From NCBI GenBank assembly GCA_965214095.1, contig OZ243938.1:672001-736000 (forward strand): a stretch of 64,000 nt of DNA, in the 5' to 3' direction. Position 1 is the stretch's first letter. The number at the start of each line of letters is the position of its first letter. This DNA is from Candidatus Poribacteria bacterium. GTDB taxonomy: Bacteria > Poribacteria > WGA-4E > WGA-3G. The position numbers and the translations under genes were made by a program. Below the pieces are notes generated by a model. It did not search any database and was not told where the DNA came from. It saw only the letters and a list, made by a program, of their open reading frames with translations. This document shows, piece after piece, positions 27,152-36,829 of the stretch.

Positions 27152-27940
27152 ATGAACGAAGAGCAGAAGTATCTATTTGATTTGACAGGTTATCTAATAG
27201 TCGAAAACGCGCTTTCTACCGATGAGGTTGCACAGTGTAACGCGGCGATTGACCACCACATTCAACATCTTAGGGAACGTGAAAACTCACTGGCTGGCGG
27301 CTCGGAAGCACTTGCTGGTACAGCACACCGCATGGACATGGGTGGGATGTTGGCGTGGGAAAAACCTTGGTGTGAACCATTTCGAGAACTCCTGATACAT
27401 CCCAACATAAAACCGCACTTACTGGAAATCTTAGGCAAACAATACAGACTTGACCACGGACCAGGTCTAATTGCAATGGAAAACGGCACTGAAGGTGGCA
27501 CACTTCATGGTGGAGGTATAGAACGACCTAATTTCTCAGAAGCATATTTCTTCAAATATGGACGTATCTATACCGGTCTAACCGTTGTAGAATACATGCT
27601 TGCTGATGAAGGTCTTGGGGATGGTGGGCTTGCGATAATACCCGGCAGTCATAAAGCCAACCTTCCATGTCCAAGTAATATGAAACAATACGAAAAACAT
27701 CAAAACTTGGTGCTTGAAGTGAATGCCAAAGCAGGTGATGCTGTCATTTTCACTGAAACTCTTACACACGGAACACTCCCATGGACAGCATCACACCAAC
27801 GACGTGCACTACTCTATAAATTTAGTCCAGGATTTCAGGCATATAGTGCTGGTGCACATCGTATTGAGTATCCAGATTACATTGAAGACATGACACCCGA
27901 ACAACGAGAAGTTATGGAAGCACCACACATAAGACATTAA
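27152..27940 (+). CDS. PhyH-family Fe(II)/2-oxoglutarate enzyme with HxG in place of HxD
   Basis: YLFDLTGYL, TLHGG, IPGSHK, AGDAVIF.E.LTHG and RR motifs. AGGAG RBS precedes 27152. Confidence 0.85.
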   Translation: MNEEQKYLFDLTGYLIVENALSTDEVAQCNAAIDHHIQHLRERENSLAGGSEALAGTAHRMDMGGMLAWEKPWCEPFRELLIHPNIKPHLLEILGKQYRLDHGPGLIAMENGTEGGTLHGGGIERPNFSEAYFFKYGRIYTGLTVVEYMLADEGLGDGGLAIIPGSHKANLPCPSNMKQYEKHQNLVLEVNAKAGDAVIFTETLTHGTLPWTASHQRRALLYKFSPGFQAYSAGAHRIEYPDYIEDMTPEQREVMEAPHIRH

Positions 27941-28899
27941 TGGTGAATGGTATGGAAAAACTAAGAATTGCCCTAATCGGATGTGGCGGACGTGGACGAG
28001 GACACTTGAATATACTATCTGGATTTGATGACGTTAACCTCGTTGCAGTCTGTGATCCCGTTGAAAATGCCAGAAACAGTACAGGCGATACATTCAAGAT
28101 CCCAAAACGTTATGAATCTATTGATACCTTACTTGACAATGAAGAACTGGATGCAGTTTTCGTAGCGACACCAGCACATCTCAATGGTGAAGCCGCGTTA
28201 CCCTGTTTTGAACGTGGTATTGACACTTTACTTGAAAAACCACCAGGAATGAGCGTAGAAGAGACCATCACTTTACGAGATACCGCTAAGCAGACAGGTG
28301 CGAAAGGGATGGTTGGTTGGAACCGCCGTTTTCACCCCATTATAGTTCAAGCTAAGCAAATGGTGATGGAACGCGGTCCCGTCACGCAAGTGGTCGGGGA
28401 ATTCCACAAGAGCATCACCCGATTAGCACAATCCGGTATATTTCCTGAAATACTGATGGATAATATGTTCCTTGAAACACCCATTCATGCTCTTGACACT
28501 ATACGCGCTATCGCTGAGTCGGACATCCAGGAAGTGCATAGTGTTGTGAAACGGACAATCTCCGATTATAAGGATGTTCACGCCGCGTTGATACTCTTTG
28601 AAAATGGATGTGTTGCACAACTCATCGCAAACTATACAACCGATGCACGACTTGAACGTTATGAGATACACGGTAGAAATATCTCCGCATATCTTGAAGG
28701 TGTAGGTCAAGGAACAGTCTATTGCAATGGCACACACCATAAACTCACAGATGCTGGGAGTGGCGGAACAGTTCAGCAAAACCGCTATTTTCTGGATTGT
28801 GTTCAAAACAACACGCCAATTTCATTGCCAGCAGCGAACTTAGATGAAGCAGTTAACACGATGCAACTTGCAGATCAAATATTAAAGTCTACGAGATAA
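27940..28899 (+). CDS. Gfo/Idh/MocA family oxidoreductase
   Basis: IGCGGRG, LLEKPP, GWNRRF motifs. Confidence 0.9.
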   Translation: MVNGMEKLRIALIGCGGRGRGHLNILSGFDDVNLVAVCDPVENARNSTGDTFKIPKRYESIDTLLDNEELDAVFVATPAHLNGEAALPCFERGIDTLLEKPPGMSVEETITLRDTAKQTGAKGMVGWNRRFHPIIVQAKQMVMERGPVTQVVGEFHKSITRLAQSGIFPEILMDNMFLETPIHALDTIRAIAESDIQEVHSVVKRTISDYKDVHAALILFENGCVAQLIANYTTDARLERYEIHGRNISAYLEGVGQGTVYCNGTHHKLTDAGSGGTVQQNRYFLDCVQNNTPISLPAANLDEAVNTMQLADQILKSTR

Positions 28900-28926
28900 T
28901 TTTTCACATTTTCTACAGGATACAAC

Positions 28927-29751
28927 ATGCCAACATTAGAACAACGACTTGAAGACTATAAGACCGACGGTTTCACTATCTTTGAAAAAGTTTTTGACGA
29001 TGAACAGATGGAACTCTGGAAAGAGAAACACCAAGAACTTTCGGCAGCACATAATGGTCAAACATGGTTTGCAAATACGCTTGAATTAGCACCAAAACTA
29101 ATGTGGTCTGCCGTTTCTCATCAAACTATCTTAGATTTTCTTGAAAAGGTGATGGGACCCTTTGTGCAGTTAGATAATCTAACACTTGCTGCATTTGCCT
29201 CAATTGAACCAGAAAAGGCAGAGGGGAGAGTTTCAGGATGGCATCGAGATAGATGGGCGCATGTTCCGTTCACCGATGCATATCATCGACCAAATGCTAT
29301 CAATGCAATATCATACCTACAAGACCTAACCGATGCGTTCGGTCCTCTCCGTGTGATTGTCGGTTCACATAGAAAACCTATTACTATTGAAGATGCAGAC
29401 CGTGGAATTCCACATCCAGATGAAACCATTATTCACATGAAAGCAGGGGACGTTGTTATTACTCATAACGGTCTCATACATTCAGGAACGCCGAATACTT
29501 CCGGTCAACTTCGCTACTTCTTTAGTATTTATTACAACTTGACATGGCTTAAACATACCGACCATCACACCGGACCCCATACACAAAAGATTCTTGCAGA
29601 TGCAAAAGCAGCAAATAATCATCAATATATGCGTCTTCTTGGTGTTGATGAGCAGCTACAACCCCGATGCAACTCAGGTTTCCTCCAGTCTGACGAAGAA
29701 CGATGGGAACAGTGGGCAGCCGCAGACAAAGCAGCGATTAAGGAGGAGTAG
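28927..29751 (+). CDS. Phytanoyl-CoA dioxygenase (PhyH) family protein
   Basis: WHRD, GSH, AGDVV, LIHSG motifs. Confidence 0.9.
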   Translation: MPTLEQRLEDYKTDGFTIFEKVFDDEQMELWKEKHQELSAAHNGQTWFANTLELAPKLMWSAVSHQTILDFLEKVMGPFVQLDNLTLAAFASIEPEKAEGRVSGWHRDRWAHVPFTDAYHRPNAINAISYLQDLTDAFGPLRVIVGSHRKPITIEDADRGIPHPDETIIHMKAGDVVITHNGLIHSGTPNTSGQLRYFFSIYYNLTWLKHTDHHTGPHTQKILADAKAANNHQYMRLLGVDEQLQPRCNSGFLQSDEERWEQWAAADKAAIKEE

Positions 29752-29754
29752 ACA

Positions 29755-30501
29755 ATGGCAGAAGGACCTGTAGTACCTCCACATTTGAACGTTGAACTTG
29801 ACCATCAACTGCAACAGGAAGTGAACTTTTTCCTAAAATGGGGTTATCTTATAGTAGATGATGCAGCAACCCCTGAACAGATTGAATCTCTACGTAATGC
29901 ACTCGATGAAAGTTATGAGAGACGCGAAAAAAGTCAATTCATCGGGGAATTGCTTGAAGAGGATGACAGGTTTGCATTTCTCCTTGACAACCAACCTGTG
30001 ATGAAACGGATGGAGGCAATATTGGGAACGTGTGTCCAACTCCACAGTGCCACTGCTCGTATCACTGAACCGGGAACTCCAGACCAAAATTGGCATCGTG
30101 ACGGACCTTGGCCGGTTGACCCTTATGGGACACCTTATGGAAGTCTACCTGCTCAAATAAACTGCGGATACTATCTTGATGAAGTCACTGATGAAGCCGG
30201 GCCGACAGTGGTGCAACCCGGTAGTCATAGGGCACCATTCCGTCCACCCCCAAGTCCTGTTCAGCTTCCAGACGAGAAACGTGTGTTAGTTTCACCAGGA
30301 CAGGCAGTGATGTTTGATGGATGGACGTGGCATCGTGGTGCTGCAAATACATCAGATAAACGGAGACGTGTCTGTTTGATGTGCTATCAGAACGCATGGA
30401 TGAAATCTCGCGAACCCTTTAACGGACCCCGCGTCACAAAACTACGAGAGGAAGGCACTCCCAAACAGAAGTTACTTCTCGGAGCAATCCCAAAATGGTA
30501 A
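29755..30501 (+). CDS. Phytanoyl-CoA dioxygenase (PhyH) family protein
   Basis: WHRD, PGSH, WHRGAAN, RR motifs. Confidence 0.9.
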   Translation: MAEGPVVPPHLNVELDHQLQQEVNFFLKWGYLIVDDAATPEQIESLRNALDESYERREKSQFIGELLEEDDRFAFLLDNQPVMKRMEAILGTCVQLHSATARITEPGTPDQNWHRDGPWPVDPYGTPYGSLPAQINCGYYLDEVTDEAGPTVVQPGSHRAPFRPPPSPVQLPDEKRVLVSPGQAVMFDGWTWHRGAANTSDKRRRVCLMCYQNAWMKSREPFNGPRVTKLREEGTPKQKLLLGAIPKW

Positions 30502-30550
30502 CATGAAAAAATTGGTGCAGTCTTTGTACCATTACCAACGGAGAATTTAT

Positions 30551-32005
30551 ATGAATATCGCTTACATTGTTATTGATACACTACGTTATGATTACATTGG
30601 CGCAAACGGTAATGATTGGATAGAAACCCCTAACTTCGACCGATTTGCTGAGAAATCTTGGGCATTTGATCGTGCGTTCTTAGCAAGTTTCCCGACTATT
30701 CCATATCGGACAGATGTTATTACGGGGCAATATGGGGCTCCCTTCCATCCTTGGAAACCACTTCGTCATGAACGACAAACACTCCCCAGAACACTTGCAC
30801 AACGTGGATACGCAACACAACTCATTCACGATACACCACACCTTGTCAATGGTGGACACAACTTCGATTGGCCCTTCCATGCATGGACATTTATCAGAGG
30901 TGCTGAAGTAGACCGTGATTGGATTATGGATACTGTTCCGTGGCCAGAGAATTGGAAGAAAGAACCACTCTTTGATTGTTTAGGTGATCAGGCATTTCAA
31001 TCAAATATGCTACGAAGTTATTCTCGTGCAAACCGGAATCGCAAATCTCTTGACGATTGGAACTGTGCTAAATTATTCAACACTGCCGCACAATTTCTCA
31101 AAGATAATGCTAAAAGAGAAAACTTCTTCCTTTGGGTTGATTGCTTCGATCCACATGAACCGTGGGATGCACCTCCAGAATTTATGCTAAAATACGATAA
31201 ACGAGATGGATATGATGGAAACATTGACCCACGCAGCCTCGGTGGAAGAAACAAAGATGTCCTTTCAGATGAAGCAACTGAACACATCAAACATCAATAC
31301 GCAGCAAAGGTAACGTGGATGGATCATTGCTTCGGGCAATTCGTGGACGCACTTGAATCCACCGGTCTTGATAAGAATACTGCTGTTATTCTCACAGGTG
31401 ATCATGGCACAAATGTCGCGGAACGCGGTTCGTTTGGTAAAGGACAACCTATTCGTGAACAGGTAGGACACGTTCCACTATTCGTCCGTTTACCTGAAGG
31501 AGATACCGGACGAAGTAATGTCATTGTGCAACCACAGGATTTCTTCCCAACTATTATTAATATGCTTGGACAAGATCTTCCAGAAGGTCTTGAAGGACAC
31601 GACTTTTTAACACCAGCACGAGACGGAAAATCTGGAGAAAGAAAGATCGCCTTATCAGGTGGAAGTGTTGAAAGATGGAGACAAGCAGGCAATAGAGAAA
31701 AAGCTGTCCTCTTTACAGCATTTGACCAAGAATGGAATATAGAGGTTGCGACAAAACCTGAAAACTCAAGATTGATAAAACTCGGTTCGTTGGATTATGT
31801 TGAAGATCAACATCAGGATGTCGTTGCGAAACTACATGCAACTGCTGTTGATGAGATTTCCCAACGGGGGATTGATCCTGCATTGATGGATTGGTTGCGT
31901 AGTGAAGGTAAGAATGAATTTCCTTCCGATGTTGTCTTTTGGGATGGTTACCCGGGTCCAGCAGGTTATTCACCATATTTCGGCAGGCTTTATCCTGGTG
32001 AATAA
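30551..32005 (+). CDS. Sulfatase-like hydrolase (alkaline phosphatase superfamily) with Thr at the nucleophile position
   Basis: IDTLRYD, TPNFD, TIPYRTDVITG, DPHEPW, GDHG, HVPL motifs. Confidence 0.85.
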   Translation: MNIAYIVIDTLRYDYIGANGNDWIETPNFDRFAEKSWAFDRAFLASFPTIPYRTDVITGQYGAPFHPWKPLRHERQTLPRTLAQRGYATQLIHDTPHLVNGGHNFDWPFHAWTFIRGAEVDRDWIMDTVPWPENWKKEPLFDCLGDQAFQSNMLRSYSRANRNRKSLDDWNCAKLFNTAAQFLKDNAKRENFFLWVDCFDPHEPWDAPPEFMLKYDKRDGYDGNIDPRSLGGRNKDVLSDEATEHIKHQYAAKVTWMDHCFGQFVDALESTGLDKNTAVILTGDHGTNVAERGSFGKGQPIREQVGHVPLFVRLPEGDTGRSNVIVQPQDFFPTIINMLGQDLPEGLEGHDFLTPARDGKSGERKIALSGGSVERWRQAGNREKAVLFTAFDQEWNIEVATKPENSRLIKLGSLDYVEDQHQDVVAKLHATAVDEISQRGIDPALMDWLRSEGKNEFPSDVVFWDGYPGPAGYSPYFGRLYPGE

Positions 32006-32073
32006 GATGTCTTTTCCAAGATTGTTTGCTTTTCAGTTGATTCAATTGTATACTGTGAATATACGAATTGATA

Positions 32074-32155
32074 TAGTAGATTTTGAAATTACTTGAACAC
32101 TCAGCATCGGCGAGGTTAGGAAACCTCGCCTACCGTGGGGCGAAAGTGTCAACTT
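32074..32155. repeat. 82-bp dispersed repeat with a REP hairpin (second copy 41305-41386)
   Basis: Contains GCGAGGTTAGGAAACCTCGCCTACC; flanks are conserved between the copies. Confidence 0.75.
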
Positions 32156-32164
32156 GAGAATACT

Positions 32165-33406
32165 ATGAGAATACTTGAAAACCTTATCACTGCATTTTCA
32201 GCACTCCGTGCAAGCAAACTTAGAACTATCCTAACTCTGTTAGGTATTACTATTGGCATTGCAGGTGTTATTGCTATGATGTCCTTAGGTGCGGGTGCTG
32301 AAAAACTGGTGATGTTGGAATTTGAAAAGATAGGCGGTCCAAGTATGTTTGGTGTCTACCGTCCAGGGAAAATTAGAGTTAACGGTAGATGGAGAGATAA
32401 CAACAGTCCACACTATCTCAATATGAATGACCTACGAGATGTTTTACATCAGTGTCCTTCCGTTCAAATTGCTACTGTTGAAGGGAGTTATTACATCAAC
32501 TTTGAAGTTGAGGGTAAACATCAACCTACCTATATGCGAGCAACTACCGTTGAATATCAAGGTGTCCGACAGTGGCATGCTGAAATAGGAAGATTCCTCG
32601 CAGATACGGATATGGATCTTTGGAATAAAGTTTGTGTGATCGGTTCTCAAGTCTGGAAAGAACAATTTAAGGGTATGGATCCGATTGGCAAGGAAATTTC
32701 TATTAACAATAAGAGATTTAGTGTTATCGGTATAATGGAGAGTCGTGGACCTGGGTTAGAAGCAGGAAAAAGTGATGATAACATGATCTTTATTCCCATA
32801 ACGACTGCACAGACACGGTTTTGGGGACACGACAACGTTGGACATATAATGGTTCGTGCGAAAAGTCCACTTGTGGTAGACCAAGCAGTGAAAGAGGTAC
32901 AGACAGTCCTTCGACGCAACCATGGTGGTGACGATACTTTCTTTAGAACATGGCAAGCACAGAAAGGAATTGAAAGTGCCAAAAAGACTATCTTTATTAT
33001 TGAGTTAGTGTTAGTCATTATCGCATCCGTAGCATTGATAGTCGGAGGAATCGGTATTCTCAACATTATGCTTGTGTCCGTAACAGAACGCATTCCTGAG
33101 ATCGGATTACGGAAAGCTGTCGGTGCGAAAAAGTATCATATACGGTTTCAATTTCTTACGGAATCAATCCTTTTGTGTCTCTTTGGAAGTATTCTCGGTA
33201 TCGGATTAGGGGCAATTGTTGGACAAGGTTTCTCTTTTGCAGTAGATACATTCATGGATGGAATGCTCAGATGGCCTTCTGTCATCACGATCAAATCAGT
33301 CCTAACATCTGTCGCCGCAGGCACTGCTGTAGGTCTCTTTTTCGGATACTATCCCGCCAGTCAAGCTGCAAAACTGAGTCCCATTGATGCAATAAGACAC
33401 ACCTAA
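32165..33406 (+). CDS. MacB/FtsX-family ABC transporter permease
   Basis: LRTILTLLGITIG, GGIGILNIMLVSVTERIPEIGLRKAVGA, FFGYYPA motifs. Confidence 0.9.
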   Translation: MRILENLITAFSALRASKLRTILTLLGITIGIAGVIAMMSLGAGAEKLVMLEFEKIGGPSMFGVYRPGKIRVNGRWRDNNSPHYLNMNDLRDVLHQCPSVQIATVEGSYYINFEVEGKHQPTYMRATTVEYQGVRQWHAEIGRFLADTDMDLWNKVCVIGSQVWKEQFKGMDPIGKEISINNKRFSVIGIMESRGPGLEAGKSDDNMIFIPITTAQTRFWGHDNVGHIMVRAKSPLVVDQAVKEVQTVLRRNHGGDDTFFRTWQAQKGIESAKKTIFIIELVLVIIASVALIVGGIGILNIMLVSVTERIPEIGLRKAVGAKKYHIRFQFLTESILLCLFGSILGIGLGAIVGQGFSFAVDTFMDGMLRWPSVITIKSVLTSVAAGTAVGLFFGYYPASQAAKLSPIDAIRHT

Positions 33407-33467
33407 ACATGATTTTCTTTCAAGGTGCTTACTTTCCATAATACACTATCATGAAGGGAATACTGTC

Positions 33468-34271
33468 GTGGGCAAACTTGGTATTATTGCAGGTGCGGGG
33501 GAACTTCCAACGCTTGTCGCACAGAATGCAGCCGTGCACGGTAGAAAACCGATAATCATACAGATCACCAAAGATGAAAACCAAAGATTTGACGAACAGC
33601 CTTGTGAAGTCTATCAATTTGGTGTTGGTCAGATTGAGAAAATCATACGTAAACTACTTGATCTAAATGTCATTGAACTTGTCATTATTGGTAAAATTGA
33701 GCCAAGTATCCTTTTACATCCACTAAAATTTGATGCAACTGCGCTCAAGATAATGGCACGAAATCGCAGCAAAAGACCCTCGACAATCGTTTCTGCTGTA
33801 CTTGAACATTTCCAATCCGCAGGACTTTCTATCCTCTCACAAGACCATTTCTTATCCGACCTACTACCTGAACCCGGTGTTCTCACAAAACGTGAACCGA
33901 ATAAAGCACAGTGGACAGATATAAATATCGGAATACAGACTGCACGACAAATAGCGAACATGAACATTGGACAAACTGTCGTCATTAAAAACGAAATTAT
34001 CATTGCAATAGAAGCTATAGAAGGCACTGACAATACTATTCTAAGGGGTGGAGAATTAGGAGGAAAAGGAGTCGTGGTTGCCAAAGCTGCATCCGAAAAC
34101 CACGATTTCCGTGCTGATGTGCCAACGGTGGGTATGAAAACACTACAAACTCTGCATGAGGCAAAAGCAAGTGTATTGGCTGTTGAAGCAAGACGCACAT
34201 TTGTTATGCACCCTGAAGTTATATGCAAACAAGCAGATAAGTGGAAAATCTCAATTGTTGCCGTAGAATGA
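33468..34271 (+). CDS. lpxI: UDP-2,3-diacylglucosamine diphosphatase LpxI (DUF1009)
   Basis: LGIIAGAGELP, IGQTVV, AIEAIEGTD, DFRADVPTVG motifs. Confidence 0.85.
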   Translation: MGKLGIIAGAGELPTLVAQNAAVHGRKPIIIQITKDENQRFDEQPCEVYQFGVGQIEKIIRKLLDLNVIELVIIGKIEPSILLHPLKFDATALKIMARNRSKRPSTIVSAVLEHFQSAGLSILSQDHFLSDLLPEPGVLTKREPNKAQWTDINIGIQTARQIANMNIGQTVVIKNEIIIAIEAIEGTDNTILRGGELGGKGVVVAKAASENHDFRADVPTVGMKTLQTLHEAKASVLAVEARRTFVMHPEVICKQADKWKISIVAVE

Positions 34272-34365
34272 GATGCAATCTTATGTTATTCGATATCCAC
34301 CCAAAAGAATAAATGTCCTTAATTATTTACTAATTAATGTGTTATAATATAGTTTGCTAAAGCAA

Positions 34366-34639
34366 CTATAGTTTGGACAATTTCTCTTGGTTGCATACTG
34401 ATATTTCTAGCATTTTCAATATTTTGTAAGTTTTCAATGGGATAATAACTTGACGAAAATGTGTTAGAATATCAAAATGAGCAGCCCCAGCGGGGCGAAA
34501 TGTGTATAGCACATCGTGAACAAACGATTTATAGCCCCAGCGGGGCGACAGGTGTATCATTGAAGAAATAGGTATGATGACTGTGATTCTCCTTGTCCAG
34601 ACTATTATTCAAGTCTATAAAAAACTGTCCAAACTATAG
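34366..34639. mobile_element. MITE family 1, complete copy (274 bp)
   Basis: TIRs CTATAGTTTGGACA / TGTCCAAACTATAG; 8-bp direct repeat TAAAGCAA on both flanks (34358-34365, 34640-34647). Confidence 0.85.
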
Positions 34640-34711
34640 TAAAGCAACATATTATTGAAAGTCAAAATATCGGTATAGAATTATTATCTTGAGAAAACTG
34701 AGGTGCATTTT

Positions 34712-36817
34712 ATGTCCTTTAAGAAGTTCTTAGCTGTATTTGTATTAGGTATCACCATTTCAATTGGATTTGTTTTTTTTCTAAAATTGAAGACCCGTGA
34801 CACACCGAAGTATTTGTCATCAAAAAGTGAAGCACTTCCGACTATAATGCCACGGAGTGTACAAATTCCTGATGAAATACGACAGAAGTTTGCAAAAGTT
34901 CCCGATAAGCCTGAACTTATCGCCGCGTTGGAACACGGTGGAAGAATTGAATCTGTCGCATTTTCACCCGTTGATTCATCACTGCTTGTGAGTAGAAGTA
35001 GTGACGATCAAGTTAAGGTATGGCGTTTAAATTATCCATCAGAACCGATAGCCGTGCTCAAAGGAAATTCAGCTTCATTTTCTCCAGATGGTAAACTACT
35101 CGCATTAAGTGATTTGAAAGATGGCACAAAACTGTGGAATATCAATACAAAGCAGAATGTCAAAACTTTCAATTCTATAGGGAGAGATTCCATTTTTTCA
35201 CCTGATGGAAAATGGTTAGCCATAGGCACAATTGGTGGTACTCAGTTGTGGGATATACGCACACCAACACAACCAATAAAAGGTCCAAAACTACGTTCTA
35301 AAGGACTTGCTGAACACTTGTCATTTTCTGCAGATGGCAAACTATTATCCGCTGCAGATAGGGTGAGCGGAGAAGTTGATATTTGGGAAGTTGTCGGTAA
35401 CAAGGGTGTCAGAAAAGCGAATTTTAATGTTAAATCTGATAAAGTAAAATGGGTTGAAAAGCTTGAGTTTTTGCCTGATGCAGAGAATCCTGTACTTGCA
35501 ATTGCTGAAAATGATAAAGACATACACCTACTTTCTCCAACAAATTGGCATGCTTATTCCAATATTGCCGCTGGATATGTCAACGACCTGGCTTTCTCAT
35601 CGGACGCAAAAATCCTTGTTAGTGGTGGACATAATGAGATTGAATTATGGAAGGTCAACAATGGAGAACGTGTTCTTTCTATAGAAGGATATTCACGATG
35701 GGTAAACTGTGTTGACATCTCACATGACAGGAACTATGTTGTTGGTGGGGCAAATGACGGAATATTGCGAGTCTGGGAAATTGATAGGGATATTTTTTCA
35801 CAGCAAAATGAGCAGCTATCTGATGTTGTAAAACTGATATATTTCTTACCAAGTGACAAAACACCCCGACCAAATATCACACAGGAATTAAATCACTTAA
35901 TCAGTGATGTTCAAAATTTCTTCGCTGATGAAATGGAACGCCACGGATTCGGTAGAAAAACGGTATCTGTTGAAAAAAACGGAGACAATTCAGCCAAGAT
36001 ATACCTAATTGAAGGAAGGACGACTGAAGATTATTATTTCATCAACACTGATAAAAAAGTTAGAAATGAAGTAGAGCAAGTTTTTTATTCCTCCAATAAT
36101 ATCAACTTAATCGTTGTAGAAATTAGTAATGTTTTAGGCAAAATAGAAGGTGGAATCTTAAGTGCAAACCCAAATCCTTCTACAGTTAACTACATTGACG
36201 ATATGACAGGGTTACGTGGTGGAGACTTAATCATGACTGCAGAAGACAAAGGATATTCAACAGTTTCAGTTGCAAGGCATTTAGGATACACATTTGGATT
36301 AGACAACGACCTGCAAGACCCATCCTACATTATGTCCTATGGAAAAAATAAAACCCAACTGTCAAAAAGTAGTGCTGAATGGTTGAGTAAATCTCGGTAT
36401 TTCAATTCCAACCAGACTTTTTATGATACGCCTGCCTCAATAGAAAAACTCTCACCACACCCAGGAAAATTGAGATTACAGATACAAGATTCTAATGGGA
36501 TTCATCAGGTGCGGTTGTTAGTTAAACTTACTACCCCATATCCGCCACCAGGATATCAGTGGAACATCAACCAACAAAGAAACAATTCAGATTGGGATAG
36601 AAAACATAAAGGGAAAATCCTCGTTTTACATGATTTCCTTACTATCAATGCTAAAGAACAGGCTACTGTTACATTTGATTATCCTGAATATGCACAGAAT
36701 CAGATTAAAATTCAGATTATTGATATACATGGGAATATGGCGTATCGGGTAATAAACCTTATTGACGAAAATGAAAGTACAATCACTTCGTTTGTAAAAA
36801 GACTGTTTCCCGGTTAG
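34712..36817 (+). CDS. Signal-anchored WD40-repeat protein with a C-terminal degenerate metallopeptidase-like domain
   Basis: N-terminal TM; SVAFSP/FSPDG...W(D/N/E) repeats; FFADEMERHGFGRKT; VARHLGYTFGL at the HExxH position. Confidence 0.8.
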   Translation: MSFKKFLAVFVLGITISIGFVFFLKLKTRDTPKYLSSKSEALPTIMPRSVQIPDEIRQKFAKVPDKPELIAALEHGGRIESVAFSPVDSSLLVSRSSDDQVKVWRLNYPSEPIAVLKGNSASFSPDGKLLALSDLKDGTKLWNINTKQNVKTFNSIGRDSIFSPDGKWLAIGTIGGTQLWDIRTPTQPIKGPKLRSKGLAEHLSFSADGKLLSAADRVSGEVDIWEVVGNKGVRKANFNVKSDKVKWVEKLEFLPDAENPVLAIAENDKDIHLLSPTNWHAYSNIAAGYVNDLAFSSDAKILVSGGHNEIELWKVNNGERVLSIEGYSRWVNCVDISHDRNYVVGGANDGILRVWEIDRDIFSQQNEQLSDVVKLIYFLPSDKTPRPNITQELNHLISDVQNFFADEMERHGFGRKTVSVEKNGDNSAKIYLIEGRTTEDYYFINTDKKVRNEVEQVFYSSNNINLIVVEISNVLGKIEGGILSANPNPSTVNYIDDMTGLRGGDLIMTAEDKGYSTVSVARHLGYTFGLDNDLQDPSYIMSYGKNKTQLSKSSAEWLSKSRYFNSNQTFYDTPASIEKLSPHPGKLRLQIQDSNGIHQVRLLVKLTTPYPPPGYQWNINQQRNNSDWDRKHKGKILVLHDFLTINAKEQATVTFDYPEYAQNQIKIQIIDIHGNMAYRVINLIDENESTITSFVKRLFPG

Positions 36818-36829
36818 ATCTTGAGAGAT

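Noticed and set aside
33629-34228. Long antisense ORFs (e.g. 33629-34228, 38627-39190, 5938-6393, 44187-44657)
   Set aside because: Shadow frames opposite well-supported genes, with no motifs or RBS.
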